Numbered from the stretch's first letter, positions 21,094 to 30,892 are shown. The stretch: DNA of 64,000 nt from a bacterium (GCA_021780155.1 JAJXZH010000011.1:846-64845); one strand, 5' to 3'. Made by a program: numbers and translations. Notes: a model not told the origin generated them from the sequence alone.

Positions 21094-21926
21094 TTGTTTA
21101 AATTATATTTTTTTATTATTGAATCATATAAAATAGCCAACTCTTGAGATTCACTTGTCATCTCCGTCGCTCCATCAGTGGAGGCGATATATGCTTTAAT
21201 CGGGTCGTTATTCCCATCTCTTATGGCTTCAAAAATAATGGCTGAATTTTTCAAAAATATCAGAGATTTTTCATGAAACATAACCAGGCTCGATGGAACT
21301 TCCAACTCTATAAGTTTATCATATCCGGAATTAAAATCCGAGATGAGCTGGTCTAATTGCTGGCTATTGCCATTATCCACTGCGTCGGTAAGAATTTTGC
21401 TTATTTGTTGAGGATGGGAAATAAAAGTATTTGCCGCTTGAGTAAAAATAATTGAATATTGCTGGCCATAATTTTGTAATGACGACGAAGAATTGTCGCT
21501 GGTTGTTAAAATGCTCGATGTAGCAATTGAGGAAATTAACCCCAATGGATTATTCTTAAATTGATCCATCAACTTATTGATATCCACAGACGAATTGGCT
21601 GAATTTATCTGGTCAACCAATGACTTAGAATCAGTCGTATTATTTAAATTGATTTTTGATAAAAATTGTGATGCCACATTATTGGATATTTGATCGGTTA
21701 AATTGTAAAATCCAACATTTGCGCTACTTGTTGAATTTTGTTGAGAGGAAACCGGACTCACATAAGGAGTAGATGAATTATTTAAAGAAGAATCGGACAC
21801 CGTAATAGGAGAACCGGCCCCGGAATTAACCGTCGATTTTCCCAAAAATCCGGAGGCTAACCAATAACCGACAAAAATAATCGTTATTAAAATAAAAACG
21901 GCAAAAATTTGATTTTCCTTGTTCAT
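21090..21926 (-). CDS. Hypothetical single-TM protein with Ser-rich linker
   Basis: N-terminal TM helix; stop overlaps the next start (ATGA). Confidence 0.65.
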   Translation of the reverse strand: MNKENQIFAVFILITIIFVGYWLASGFLGKSTVNSGAGSPITVSDSSLNNSSTPYVSPVSSQQNSTSSANVGFYNLTDQISNNVASQFLSKINLNNTTDSKSLVDQINSANSSVDINKLMDQFKNNPLGLISSIATSSILTTSDNSSSSLQNYGQQYSIIFTQAANTFISHPQQISKILTDAVDNGNSQQLDQLISDFNSGYDKLIELEVPSSLVMFHEKSLIFLKNSAIIFEAIRDGNNDPIKAYIASTDGATEMTSESQELAILYDSIIKKYNLNK

Positions 21927-21954
21927 TCAAATAAATTATAGTATTTATTTATCT

Positions 21955-22755
21955 TCAAAACAATAGAGAAATTTTATAAACATCTCGTGGATTGATGTTT
22001 TGAGGGCGGACACTCCCGTTCAATGAATATTTTTCTAAAATAGCCGACGCCTCTTTTTTATTAACCCCTCCCGCAACAAGATTATTGATTAATGTTTTTC
22101 TCGGTTGTTTAAATGCTTTTCTTATAAAAGAATAATATTTGTCGGCATTTTTCCAATCAACATCATTTTTTAGACTCAGCTCCAACACGGCCGACTCAAC
22201 TTCCGGCGGAGGAGAAAAATTTCCGGCAGAAACCGACATTATAATTTTTGGCTTTGCCCAAAAACCGACGCTCATTGAGAGTAAGTTTGAATGAGGCGCT
22301 TGAGCGCAAATTCTCAAAGCGACTTCTTTTTGAATCAACAAAATCGCTTTTGTCGGTTTAAATTTCAATTCCCCAATAATTCGCAAAAGATGGCCGGTAA
22401 TGTAATAAGGAATATTGCCAACGAGTTTGTATTTTGTATTTTGTATTTTGTATTTTGAATGCAAAACGGGAAGAATTTTTAGAGCATCTCCGCAAATAAT
22501 CTTCACATCTTTGTCATTCAAAAATTTTTCTTCCAAAAAATCGGATAAGTGTCTATCTTTTTCAATCCCGATTATTTTTACTTTTGATTTTCCCTGCCTG
22601 CCGGTAGGTATAGGATTTTTGATTTTTTCCGTAAGTTCTCCGTGCCCCGGTCCTATTTCAACTATCAAGTCTCCCTCTTGGACATCAATGGCTTGTTCTA
22701 TTTTTTCCAAAATTGTTTGGTTTTTTAAAAAATGTTGTCCCAGATATCTTGGCAT
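21955..22755 (-). CDS. rsmA: 16S rRNA dimethyladenosine transferase KsgA
   Basis: LGQHFL, EIGPGHG, GNIPYYIT, QKEVA, FSPPPEVES, FKQPRKTL. Confidence 0.96.
   Translation of the reverse strand: MPRYLGQHFLKNQTILEKIEQAIDVQEGDLIVEIGPGHGELTEKIKNPIPTGRQGKSKVKIIGIEKDRHLSDFLEEKFLNDKDVKIICGDALKILPVLHSKYKIQNTKYKLVGNIPYYITGHLLRIIGELKFKPTKAILLIQKEVALRICAQAPHSNLLSMSVGFWAKPKIIMSVSAGNFSPPPEVESAVLELSLKNDVDWKNADKYYSFIRKAFKQPRKTLINNLVAGGVNKKEASAILEKYSLNGSVRPQNINPRDVYKISLLF
22426..22460. repeat. Heptamer tandem repeat (TTTGTAT)x4 plus TTTGAAT inside rsmA
   Basis: Read directly; encodes SKYKIQNTKYK. Confidence 0.9.
22593..22614. repeat. GC-rich quasi-palindrome CCTGCCTGCCGGTAGGTATAGG inside rsmA
   Basis: Read directly; encodes PIPTGRQG and is flanked by AAAATCA-type heptamers on the coding strand. 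Confidence 0.7.
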
Positions 22756-22788
22756 ATTTTGATGTTAAATATTAATTTTTTAATATCT

Positions 22789-24576
22789 TTAATCGTACTC
22801 TATATATCTTTCTTCGTCATCAAAAGAACGCTTACCTTCAAATTCAAGATTATTTGACGGCAATTCACTTAAAAACCTTGAGGGCAACTTATAAAAATTT
22901 AAGTAAAGTTCCTCTTTGGCTCTGGTCATTGCCACATACATCAATCTTCTCTCCTCCTCTATGTCCTGTGAAGAAAAAAATGATCTCTGGTGCGGTAGAA
23001 GCCCTTCGTTGACGCCAACAACAAAAACAACATCAAACTCAAGCCCCTTGGCAAGATGAATGGTCATCAGATTAATCCCGCTTAAATATTTTTTATCTCT
23101 TTTTTTGCGGACATTTCCATCAAGAGGAGAAGCTAAAGAAATTTTTTCCAAAAAATCGGCTAGATTTGAAAATTGCTGAGCAAAATAAACCAGTTCTTGT
23201 ATATTTTCCAAACGTTCGGAAAAGTTCGGGTAAGTTTTTTCAAGCAATGCCGAATAATCGGTTGCTTTCATAAAATAATCCACAATTTGAACCGGTTTTA
23301 AGGACGATTTTGATGGCAGTTCTTCTTTTATTTTTAAATATGTTTTTTTGTAAAAATTTTTTTCCAAACGCGACAAACTGATTTCATCCGATGGATTAGA
23401 ACAATATTTCAAAGCCGCCACCAAGTCCTTGATTTCTTTGCGTTCATAAAAAGTAAGCGCTCCAAACAAATTATATTCTATCCCATACTCCAAAAGCATC
23501 TGCTCCAAAGCGCGTGATTGGGCGTTGGTCCTAAATAAAATTCCGACATTTTTTCCTTGTTTTAAATAACCAGACGATGTCTGAATAACAAAATCCGCCT
23601 CTTCAAATTCATCCTCGTGCTCCACGACTTTTATTAGTGAACCTTCTTGATTTTGAGTCCAAAGTTTTTTTGGTTTTTGAAAAGCATTGTTAGCGATCAA
23701 ACCGGAGGAGGAATTAATAATATTTTTGGTTGAGCGATAATTTTGTTCCAAAAAAATAATTTTCGCTTCAGGCCAATCTTTTTCAAAGTTCAAAAAATTT
23801 CTGAAATCGGAAAATCTAAACCCATAAATTGCCTGCTGGTCGTCTCCGACAACGTTGATATTTTTGTGCGCTTCCGAAATCATTTTAATCAAACGATATT
23901 GGACGGTATTGGTATCCTGATATTCATCCACCAAAACATAATCATATTTGGATTGATATTTTTTTAAAATTTCTCCATCTTTCACAAAAAGCCAAAAAAC
24001 TTTTTCCAGCAAATCGTCAAAATCAAAAGCGTTGTTTCTTTCCAAAAACTTTTCGTATTCTTTGAAAAGAAAGATGATTTTTTTTGATTTTTCACTTTCT
24101 TGAAAATCTTCCTCATCGGTCAATTCGCTTTTTATCTTTGAAAATTCTTTAAGCGCCGTCGCTGGCGAAAAATCGGATGTCGGTATATTAAAATTTTTTA
24201 GTATTTTTTTAATGGCGGATAAGGAGTCATCTCTGTCAAAAATAGAGAAAGCTGAGTTTCTGCCAAAAAACTTGCCTTCTTTTCTTAAAATACTCGCCCC
24301 AAAAGAATGAAATGTGCCAACAAATGGTTCACTTGAAATTTTTATTTTAGAAGAAAAAAGGGCTTTTTTTACTCTCTCCTTCATTTCGTCAGCCGCTTTA
24401 TTGGTGAAGGTTATAGCTAAAATTCTCTCGGGTTTTATATTTTTCTGGCCGATTAAATAAGCCAATCTTGATGTTAAAGTTTTGGTTTTTCCCGAACCGG
24501 CTCCGGCCACTATCAAAAGCGGTCCGTTTCCATATTCTACGGCTTCTTTTTGTTTTAAATTAAGCTCATCATTCAT
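22789..24576 (-). CDS. pcrA: UvrD/PcrA superfamily 1 helicase
   Basis: AGAGSGKT, VDEYQDTN, VGDDQQAIYGFR, QNYRS, TIHLAKGLEF, EERRLMYVAMTRA; start placed at MNDEL. Confidence 0.93.
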   Translation of the reverse strand: MNDELNLKQKEAVEYGNGPLLIVAGAGSGKTKTLTSRLAYLIGQKNIKPERILAITFTNKAADEMKERVKKALFSSKIKISSEPFVGTFHSFGASILRKEGKFFGRNSAFSIFDRDDSLSAIKKILKNFNIPTSDFSPATALKEFSKIKSELTDEEDFQESEKSKKIIFLFKEYEKFLERNNAFDFDDLLEKVFWLFVKDGEILKKYQSKYDYVLVDEYQDTNTVQYRLIKMISEAHKNINVVGDDQQAIYGFRFSDFRNFLNFEKDWPEAKIIFLEQNYRSTKNIINSSSGLIANNAFQKPKKLWTQNQEGSLIKVVEHEDEFEEADFVIQTSSGYLKQGKNVGILFRTNAQSRALEQMLLEYGIEYNLFGALTFYERKEIKDLVAALKYCSNPSDEISLSRLEKNFYKKTYLKIKEELPSKSSLKPVQIVDYFMKATDYSALLEKTYPNFSERLENIQELVYFAQQFSNLADFLEKISLASPLDGNVRKKRDKKYLSGINLMTIHLAKGLEFDVVFVVGVNEGLLPHQRSFFSSQDIEEERRLMYVAMTRAKEELYLNFYKLPSRFLSELPSNNLEFEGKRSFDDEERYIEYD

Positions 24577-24610
24577 CGTGTATTGAGAATACACAAGATT
24601 TAATCAATTT

Positions 24611-26269
24611 TCAAAAGATAACCGCTACCATTACCAAAATAATATAACAAAGATAAGCAAAAAATATTGGCTTTTCGGAATAATTTTTTCTTGACGCCAG
24701 CCAATAAAAAATAATTCCAAAAATTATTGCCGGAAAATATAATGCCGAAATTTTTAAAAATATCGGGAAAATTATTGTTGACACAAAAAGTATCGCCCCA
24801 ATGATTTTTTTTCCGACACTCAGTCCAAATAAAGATGGGATGGTTGAAATAGATTGTTCTTTGTCTCCTTGAAAATCTTTAATGTCTTTAAAATTGCCCG
24901 CCAAAAAAACCGCCAGAATTGTTAAAAAAGCAATATTTATGGGGAAATCATTAATCGTCGCTTTGGGAAAGGCCACAAAAAATCCACCCATAACAAAAAA
25001 TAAATAGGCCATGGCTATTAAAAAAATGTTAAGCAAAAAAACTTTTTTTAATCTCAATGGAGGAGATGAATATAAGAAGGCCAACCCCAAAGAAGCAAGA
25101 ACCAGAATAAAAAAATAAAAATTGAGCACCAAAGAACCAATTAAGGACATCAAAGAAAATATGAGAGAAAGATATCTGAATTGAGAAGAGCTCATCTTGC
25201 CTGATGGAAGGGGTCTGTTTGAATTAGAAACGGCATCTATTTGATAATCATAAATGTCATTATGAAAAATTGTCGCCAAATGAAATAAAAATGCCGACAG
25301 CGCCAGGTCAATCAGGCAAAAAATATTGATGAAATTAAATTGAACCGGAATGTTTTGATATTTCCATGCCACTACCACTCCGATAAAAGACATCACCACA
25401 TAAGCCACTCCTCTTTCCCACCTAAAATTATCGACTACCGTTTTCAATAGATTTTTATTGTAAATGAAGAATAAAATAAAAATCCCCAACACGAAAGCAG
25501 GAAAAATGATAGCCGACGAAATTAAATCAAGCCAAATATTATAGGATTGAGAAGAAAGAAATTCAAAATAATTGTGTCCAACAAAAAGAATATTGAAATT
25601 ATTATAAAAAAGATTCAAAAAATAAGCGACCGGATGCAACGATAATGGATTTTGAAAAATAATAATAAAACTCGGCAACGAACCAAAAAGCATTATTGCT
25701 AAATAACCAAAAAATGCAGCCAGCAACGTCTTAAGCAAATTTCTTGTTTTGGCAAAAATATAAACTGCCATTAAAAACAAAAATACAAATATCTCAACTC
25801 GAATAGAAATGCTAAAATTAAAGACCGAATTAAAATTAAAAAAAAATCCAAAAATGCTCCCAAATAATTGGCTCCAATTTTGAGCAAAAATATAAGAATA
25901 AGATCTAAAAACTGGCTCATTTATCACGAAGGGCAAAAGGATTGAAATAAAAATTAAAGGAAAGAATATCAAAATTGATTTAAAAACCTTTTCTATTTTT
26001 TCTTTGGAAAATAAATGCAAAATTATAATAATAGAAATAACTACTGATGCATACCATAAAAACATATGCAAAAAAGAAGCGGCGGTTAAAAACTGACCCA
26101 AATACCCCAATCCCGAAAAACTATCCAAAAGAAATCTAAACAATACGACTACAAAGAAAAAACCTACCCAGTTTAATAACGAGGCATTATTATTTTCAAT
26201 CTTGTCTATTATTTTATTTACTAAGTTAATCATCTTTAATAATTGAATTTTACAACATTTATTTTGCAT
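24611..26269 (-). CDS. UbiA-superfamily prenyltransferase with a long N-terminal membrane extension
   Basis: NDIYDYQID..NRPLPSG, YSSPPLRLK, KDIKDFQGD..TIP. Confidence 0.85.
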   Translation of the reverse strand: MQNKCCKIQLLKMINLVNKIIDKIENNNASLLNWVGFFFVVVLFRFLLDSFSGLGYLGQFLTAASFLHMFLWYASVVISIIIILHLFSKEKIEKVFKSILIFFPLIFISILLPFVINEPVFRSYSYIFAQNWSQLFGSIFGFFFNFNSVFNFSISIRVEIFVFLFLMAVYIFAKTRNLLKTLLAAFFGYLAIMLFGSLPSFIIIFQNPLSLHPVAYFLNLFYNNFNILFVGHNYFEFLSSQSYNIWLDLISSAIIFPAFVLGIFILFFIYNKNLLKTVVDNFRWERGVAYVVMSFIGVVVAWKYQNIPVQFNFINIFCLIDLALSAFLFHLATIFHNDIYDYQIDAVSNSNRPLPSGKMSSSQFRYLSLIFSLMSLIGSLVLNFYFFILVLASLGLAFLYSSPPLRLKKVFLLNIFLIAMAYLFFVMGGFFVAFPKATINDFPINIAFLTILAVFLAGNFKDIKDFQGDKEQSISTIPSLFGLSVGKKIIGAILFVSTIIFPIFLKISALYFPAIIFGIIFYWLASRKNYSEKPIFFAYLCYIILVMVAVIF

Positions 26270-26546
26270 TTTCTCTTGGTAATCGTCGATTGATTATTAT
26301 TATATAATAAGCAACGCAGAGAAAAAAGAGATCAATAGTTGTGAGGGGGGGGTTGATAACTCATCAAAATCCAATGGGAGCCACACATTCCACCGCTCAG
26401 GAAGTGGAAAGGTGATTAATCCTTCCACTAATCCCATCATTTGAAATATTCGAACAAAAAGTTCTAATATTTTATTTAATCAATTTTCAAAAAATAACCG
26501 CCACTACCAACCAATTTAAAATTATTTTCCTTTAAAATATCCATGC

Positions 26547-27590
26547 TTATGGATGGAAGAAAAATGCCACCGCTATTATGGCATAAGCCGCAATTAACTG
26601 AGCTCCTTCCAACCAATTGCTTTCGCCATCTTGGACAACCAGATCGGTTATAAAAACCGACAAGGCAATGGCGGCTAATTCAAATGGTTTAAAAACCAAA
26701 CTCATCTGATTTTTTAAAAACAAACTACTCAAAACCAAAACGGGAGCAACAAATAAAGCAATCTGAGTCGCCGAGCCAATTGACACCTGAATTGCCAAAT
26801 TCATTTTGTTTTTGATTGCCATAGTGATAGCCGAAGTATGCTCAGCCGCGTTACCGATAATTGCTATAAATATGACTCCGACAAATAACTCGGTCCATCC
26901 AAGTTTAATTACTAACGGCTCAATAGAACCAACAAGGATGTCGCTCATCCAAGCGACAAAAATGGTAGCGATAAATAAAATCAGAAGGCTTTTTTTCTTG
27001 CTCCATTTTGCTTCTTGTTCGCCGACTTCCTCCACATAAAGATGTTTATGCGTTTTTAATGAAAATAAAAGTTGAGCCACATAAATAAAAATCATAAACA
27101 CGGAAACAAAAATACTAAGCTCTTCAATAATTCCACTCGAAGAACCTCCGGTGTTGTAGAAAATCGCCGGAATAACAAGTGCGATGACGGCAAGTAACAG
27201 CGTTGAAGCGCTGGCCAAAACAGCCGTTTTATTAAATTCTTGTTTTTTATTTTTGATTCCTCCAAAAAACATTGCCATTCCCAAAACGAGCAGTAAATTT
27301 CCTATAATCGAACCAGTGATTGAAGCTTTGACCACCTCGAGCAATCCGGCTTTAATAGCCATTATGCCGATAATCAATTCGGTAGCATTGCCAAATGTCG
27401 CATTTAAAAGTCCGCCCAATGCCGGACCGGTATAAACCGAGAGTTCTTCGGTAGATTCTCCAATGTATTTTGCCAAAGGCACTATCGCCAAAGCGGAAGA
27501 GAAAAAAATTAAAACCGGCGATGCTCCAAAAAAATTTACCAGAGCCGCAATCGGCACAAAAATCAATAACCCCAAAAATATTTTATTCAT
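26547..27590 (-). CDS. Ca2+/H+ antiporter (CAX/ChaA family)
   Basis: GLLNATFGNATE, GSIIGNLLLVLG, GNAAEH, GSATQIALF, DGESNWLEG. Confidence 0.94.
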   Translation of the reverse strand: MNKIFLGLLIFVPIAALVNFFGASPVLIFFSSALAIVPLAKYIGESTEELSVYTGPALGGLLNATFGNATELIIGIMAIKAGLLEVVKASITGSIIGNLLLVLGMAMFFGGIKNKKQEFNKTAVLASASTLLLAVIALVIPAIFYNTGGSSSGIIEELSIFVSVFMIFIYVAQLLFSLKTHKHLYVEEVGEQEAKWSKKKSLLILFIATIFVAWMSDILVGSIEPLVIKLGWTELFVGVIFIAIIGNAAEHTSAITMAIKNKMNLAIQVSIGSATQIALFVAPVLVLSSLFLKNQMSLVFKPFELAAIALSVFITDLVVQDGESNWLEGAQLIAAYAIIAVAFFFHP

Positions 27591-27630
27591 TTTTAAAAAC
27601 TTAAATAAAATTATATCACTTAAATTTTAT

Positions 27631-29169
27631 TTAAGCCAAAACTCTTGTTCTGTAAGAAAATGCCTCGCTTAATGATTGTTCATCCACGATTTCTTTGCCA
27701 TCCATATCGGCAATTGTTTGGGCGACTTTCAAGATCTTAAAATATCCCCTCGCCGATATATATGCCTTATCCAATGCTTTGTTTAAAAAATTTTTAGACT
27801 TCAAATCAAGTCTGACGATTTCATCGGTCATTCTTGAAGAAAGTTCAGAGTTGGAATGGATATCCAAATTCATTTTCTTAAATCTTAACCTCTGGATTTC
27901 TCTAGCTGATTCAATTGTCTTTTTTAATTCTTGAGAATAATTTTTATCCGTTTCTTTTTGAAAATCGTCCGATTTCAAACGATTGACCCAAATATGAATA
28001 TCTATCCTATCCAAAAGAGGTCCTGATAATTTTTTTTGATATTTTAATATTTCATAAGCGCTACAACGGCATTCTTTTTCTTCATCTTGATAATATCCAC
28101 AAGGACAAGGATTTGACGCCGCCACCAGCATAAATTTTGCCGGAAAAACAACGGCGCCCTTTGAACGAGTAATGGTTATGTTTCCGTTTTCAAGCGGTTG
28201 ACGCAACGCCTCCAAAACATCTCTGTGAAACTCTGGCAGTTCATCCAGAAACAAAACCCCTCTGTGAGCCAGGCTTATTTCTCCAGGTTTTGGATTTTGT
28301 CCACCACCAACAATAGAAACCAACGACGCCGAATGATGGGGCGACCTAAACGGACGAGATGCCAAAAACTGCTTTCCAAAAAGAAGTCCTGCGGCGCTGT
28401 AAATTTGTGTTGTTTCCAACGCTTCATCAAAATCAATTTCGGGCAAAATCGATACCAATGCTTGAGCCAACATTGTTTTACCTGCGCCTGGCGGTCCGGA
28501 CATAAAAATATTGTGGCCTCCGGCAGCGGCAATGGAAAGCGCCCTTTTTGCCGATTCTTGACCCTTGATTTCTGAAATGTCCACACCTCCGGAAATTTTT
28601 TGAGGAACAAATTCTTCCGCATACAAAGATATAATTTTTTCTCTATTTTCAAGATGATTTATTAGCATTTTTAGAGAATCAACCGGATAGATTTCTATCC
28701 CTGAAATATTGGCAGCCTCTGCCGAATTTTGTTTTGGAATATAAACCTCTTTGAATCCTCTTTCTCTCGCCATAAAACAGATATTCAAAGCTCCGGCGAT
28801 GGGACGGATAGATCCATCCAAAGCAAGCTCTCCAACAAAAATTTTATCTTTGGAGTCAAAATTTTTTATTTGCTCGGAAGCGATTAAATAACCCAACGCT
28901 ATGGAAACGTCGTATTGAGAGCCAAATTTTTTTAAATCCGCCGGGGCAAGATTGACGGTTATTTTGCGATTTTCTCTGGTAGGAGGTTTGACGCCGACAT
29001 TTTTTAAAGCCGAGGAGACTCTTTCTTTCGCCTCAGAAACGGCCTTGTCGGCAAGACCAACCAAAGTAAACGACGATAAGCCGACGTTGATGTCCACCTC
29101 CACCTCTATAATTCTTGATGATATTCCTTCAATATCGGCGGTGTAAATTTTTGCTATTTTTCCCGACAT
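27631..29169 (-). CDS. comM: ComM/YifB Mg-chelatase-like AAA+ ATPase
   Basis: VNLAPADL, GPPGAGKT, PFRSPHHS, PGEISLAHRGVLFLDE, NPCPCG, SGPLLDRID. Confidence 0.93.
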   Translation of the reverse strand: MSGKIAKIYTADIEGISSRIIEVEVDINVGLSSFTLVGLADKAVSEAKERVSSALKNVGVKPPTRENRKITVNLAPADLKKFGSQYDVSIALGYLIASEQIKNFDSKDKIFVGELALDGSIRPIAGALNICFMARERGFKEVYIPKQNSAEAANISGIEIYPVDSLKMLINHLENREKIISLYAEEFVPQKISGGVDISEIKGQESAKRALSIAAAGGHNIFMSGPPGAGKTMLAQALVSILPEIDFDEALETTQIYSAAGLLFGKQFLASRPFRSPHHSASLVSIVGGGQNPKPGEISLAHRGVLFLDELPEFHRDVLEALRQPLENGNITITRSKGAVVFPAKFMLVAASNPCPCGYYQDEEKECRCSAYEILKYQKKLSGPLLDRIDIHIWVNRLKSDDFQKETDKNYSQELKKTIESAREIQRLRFKKMNLDIHSNSELSSRMTDEIVRLDLKSKNFLNKALDKAYISARGYFKILKVAQTIADMDGKEIVDEQSLSEAFSYRTRVLA

Positions 29170-29182
29170 TATAATAAATAAA

Positions 29183-29211
29183 AAACCCTCATCCTTTTGG
29201 GTTGGGGGTTT
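29183..29211 (-). terminator. Probable intrinsic terminator after the DksA-like gene
   Basis: Imperfect GC stem followed by a T-run on the minus strand. Confidence 0.5.
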
Positions 29212-29221
29212 AATAATTAAA

Positions 29222-29566
29222 TTATTTTTTACCTATATTTTTTTTATTACATTCCCGACAAAACTTCGCTTCGGGAGAAATGTCTAAAATTTCTTCTTCT
29301 ATTTCTCCGGAGCAATTTTCGCACTTTCCGTAATTTCCTTTTTGGATTTTTATCAAAGCCGATTCGACTTCATCCAGTTCGTCTCTAAGCGATGAAGCTG
29401 ACGAACGCTGGTTAAATGCCTGTTCGGATTCGTCGGTATTTTCATCCTCTCCGGGAAAATCACCCATATCCACGGGAGTTTCAAGATGATTAATTTCATC
29501 TTCTAAGGATTGCTTCATCTCTTCCAGCGTATTTTTATATTTTTCTATTTTTTCTTTGGATAACAT
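29222..29566 (-). CDS. DksA/TraR C4 zinc-finger protein
   Basis: Coiled coil, then ALIKIQKGNYGKCENC..I...L...P.AKFCREC. Confidence 0.9.
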   Translation of the reverse strand: MLSKEKIEKYKNTLEEMKQSLEDEINHLETPVDMGDFPGEDENTDESEQAFNQRSSASSLRDELDEVESALIKIQKGNYGKCENCSGEIEEEILDISPEAKFCRECNKKNIGKK

Positions 29567-29575
29567 TTTGAAACT

Positions 29576-30892
29576 TTATGGATTAATTGTCGTCGTATTG
29601 GTCGTAGTAGAAGTTATTGGCGCAATCGGAGGAGGAGGAGCTATCGGAGTGGTCGTCGGAGCAGTTGTCGATGTAGTTGTTGGAGTAGTCAATGCATTCA
29701 CGGGCTGAGTTGATGCTACCGGCAATGCTTTCAATCTCTTTATAATATCAACCATCTGATTGTATGAAGTTGCCATAACCAAGTAATTATTTCCGCCGGC
29801 ATTCATCCAGGCGTATTCAAAAACATCGGCGCTTTTGAGATTATAAACCAAGTATCTAACCGAAACTCCATTAATGATACCTCCTTTAAAATCAACTTTT
29901 GAAGGAACGGCCGGACCTGAAACAAAAATATTTTTAACGTCCGAATAGGCGCCTTCAATTGTGGAACTAAATGAGGAAGATGCCTGGTCCAAACTTACCG
30001 AATTTTTTAATTTCAAGACTGTTCCAAATTTTGCTCCTCCAGTTTTGTCGTAATAAAGCCACGAGGTAAAATCTCTGTCGAAAATTTGACTCAACATCTG
30101 CGCTTCTCCCGGAAAATAAGATTTTAGAAATTGAGCCGATTCAATCGGAGTTGAACTGGCATCTACGAAAGCCAAATCCTTGACGCTTGAAGCGAGTAAT
30201 TTTTCCTTCGAGGAAGAGGCAACTGCCGACTGAAAATCTGGCAGATCAACCGGATTAATTACAAGAGTTTGAGATTTGGTCGGTTTTAAAATCAAAGATT
30301 GATGAACCAATGGAGGAATGACGGGGGCAACTGAAATTGGAGTAGTTGTAGGAGTGGTCGTGGGAGTGGAAGTGGGAGTTACCGGAGGGGCAAGTGCCGG
30401 CAAGCTGGCTGTTGTTGACGATTGAGTCGTTGAAGGAATTGAAATTTGAGGCGTTGAAGACAATCCCGAAACTAAATAATAAGCGCCGTACCCGATTCCT
30501 CCGGCAACTACTAATCCAAGAATTATAAATAGAATGGTTTTTAAATTAAGGCCAGGTTTTGGACTCGAAGCGGGTTGGCTATCGGATGGTTGATAAGAGG
30601 CCTGAGAAAATGGCGGCATCGACTCCGATTGAGATGGAGTTGTCGGCTGAGCGGGCGTTTCTTGCGCCGAATAATTTTGAACCGTCGGCGGTTGTTGTCC
30701 CATAGCCGACAATTCGGGAGTATTAATTATCTGAGATTGAGGGGCCTCTCCTCCACTTTGTTTCACTGATTCTAAATCGGATTGCATACTTCTCACGCCC
30801 ACTTGAGAATCCATCGATGGCGGTGGTGGCGGAATATTCGACGACTGATTTTGAGAATCGGGAAAATTGTACAGATTGGGATTGTTGTCCAT
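29576..30892 (-). CDS. Pro/Thr-rich single-TM surface protein
   Basis: P/Q/S-rich N-terminus, TM helix, TP-rich linkers flanking a globular domain. Confidence 0.7.
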   Translation of the reverse strand: MDNNPNLYNFPDSQNQSSNIPPPPPSMDSQVGVRSMQSDLESVKQSGGEAPQSQIINTPELSAMGQQPPTVQNYSAQETPAQPTTPSQSESMPPFSQASYQPSDSQPASSPKPGLNLKTILFIILGLVVAGGIGYGAYYLVSGLSSTPQISIPSTTQSSTTASLPALAPPVTPTSTPTTTPTTTPISVAPVIPPLVHQSLILKPTKSQTLVINPVDLPDFQSAVASSSKEKLLASSVKDLAFVDASSTPIESAQFLKSYFPGEAQMLSQIFDRDFTSWLYYDKTGGAKFGTVLKLKNSVSLDQASSSFSSTIEGAYSDVKNIFVSGPAVPSKVDFKGGIINGVSVRYLVYNLKSADVFEYAWMNAGGNNYLVMATSYNQMVDIIKRLKALPVASTQPVNALTTPTTTSTTAPTTTPIAPPPPIAPITSTTTNTTTINP

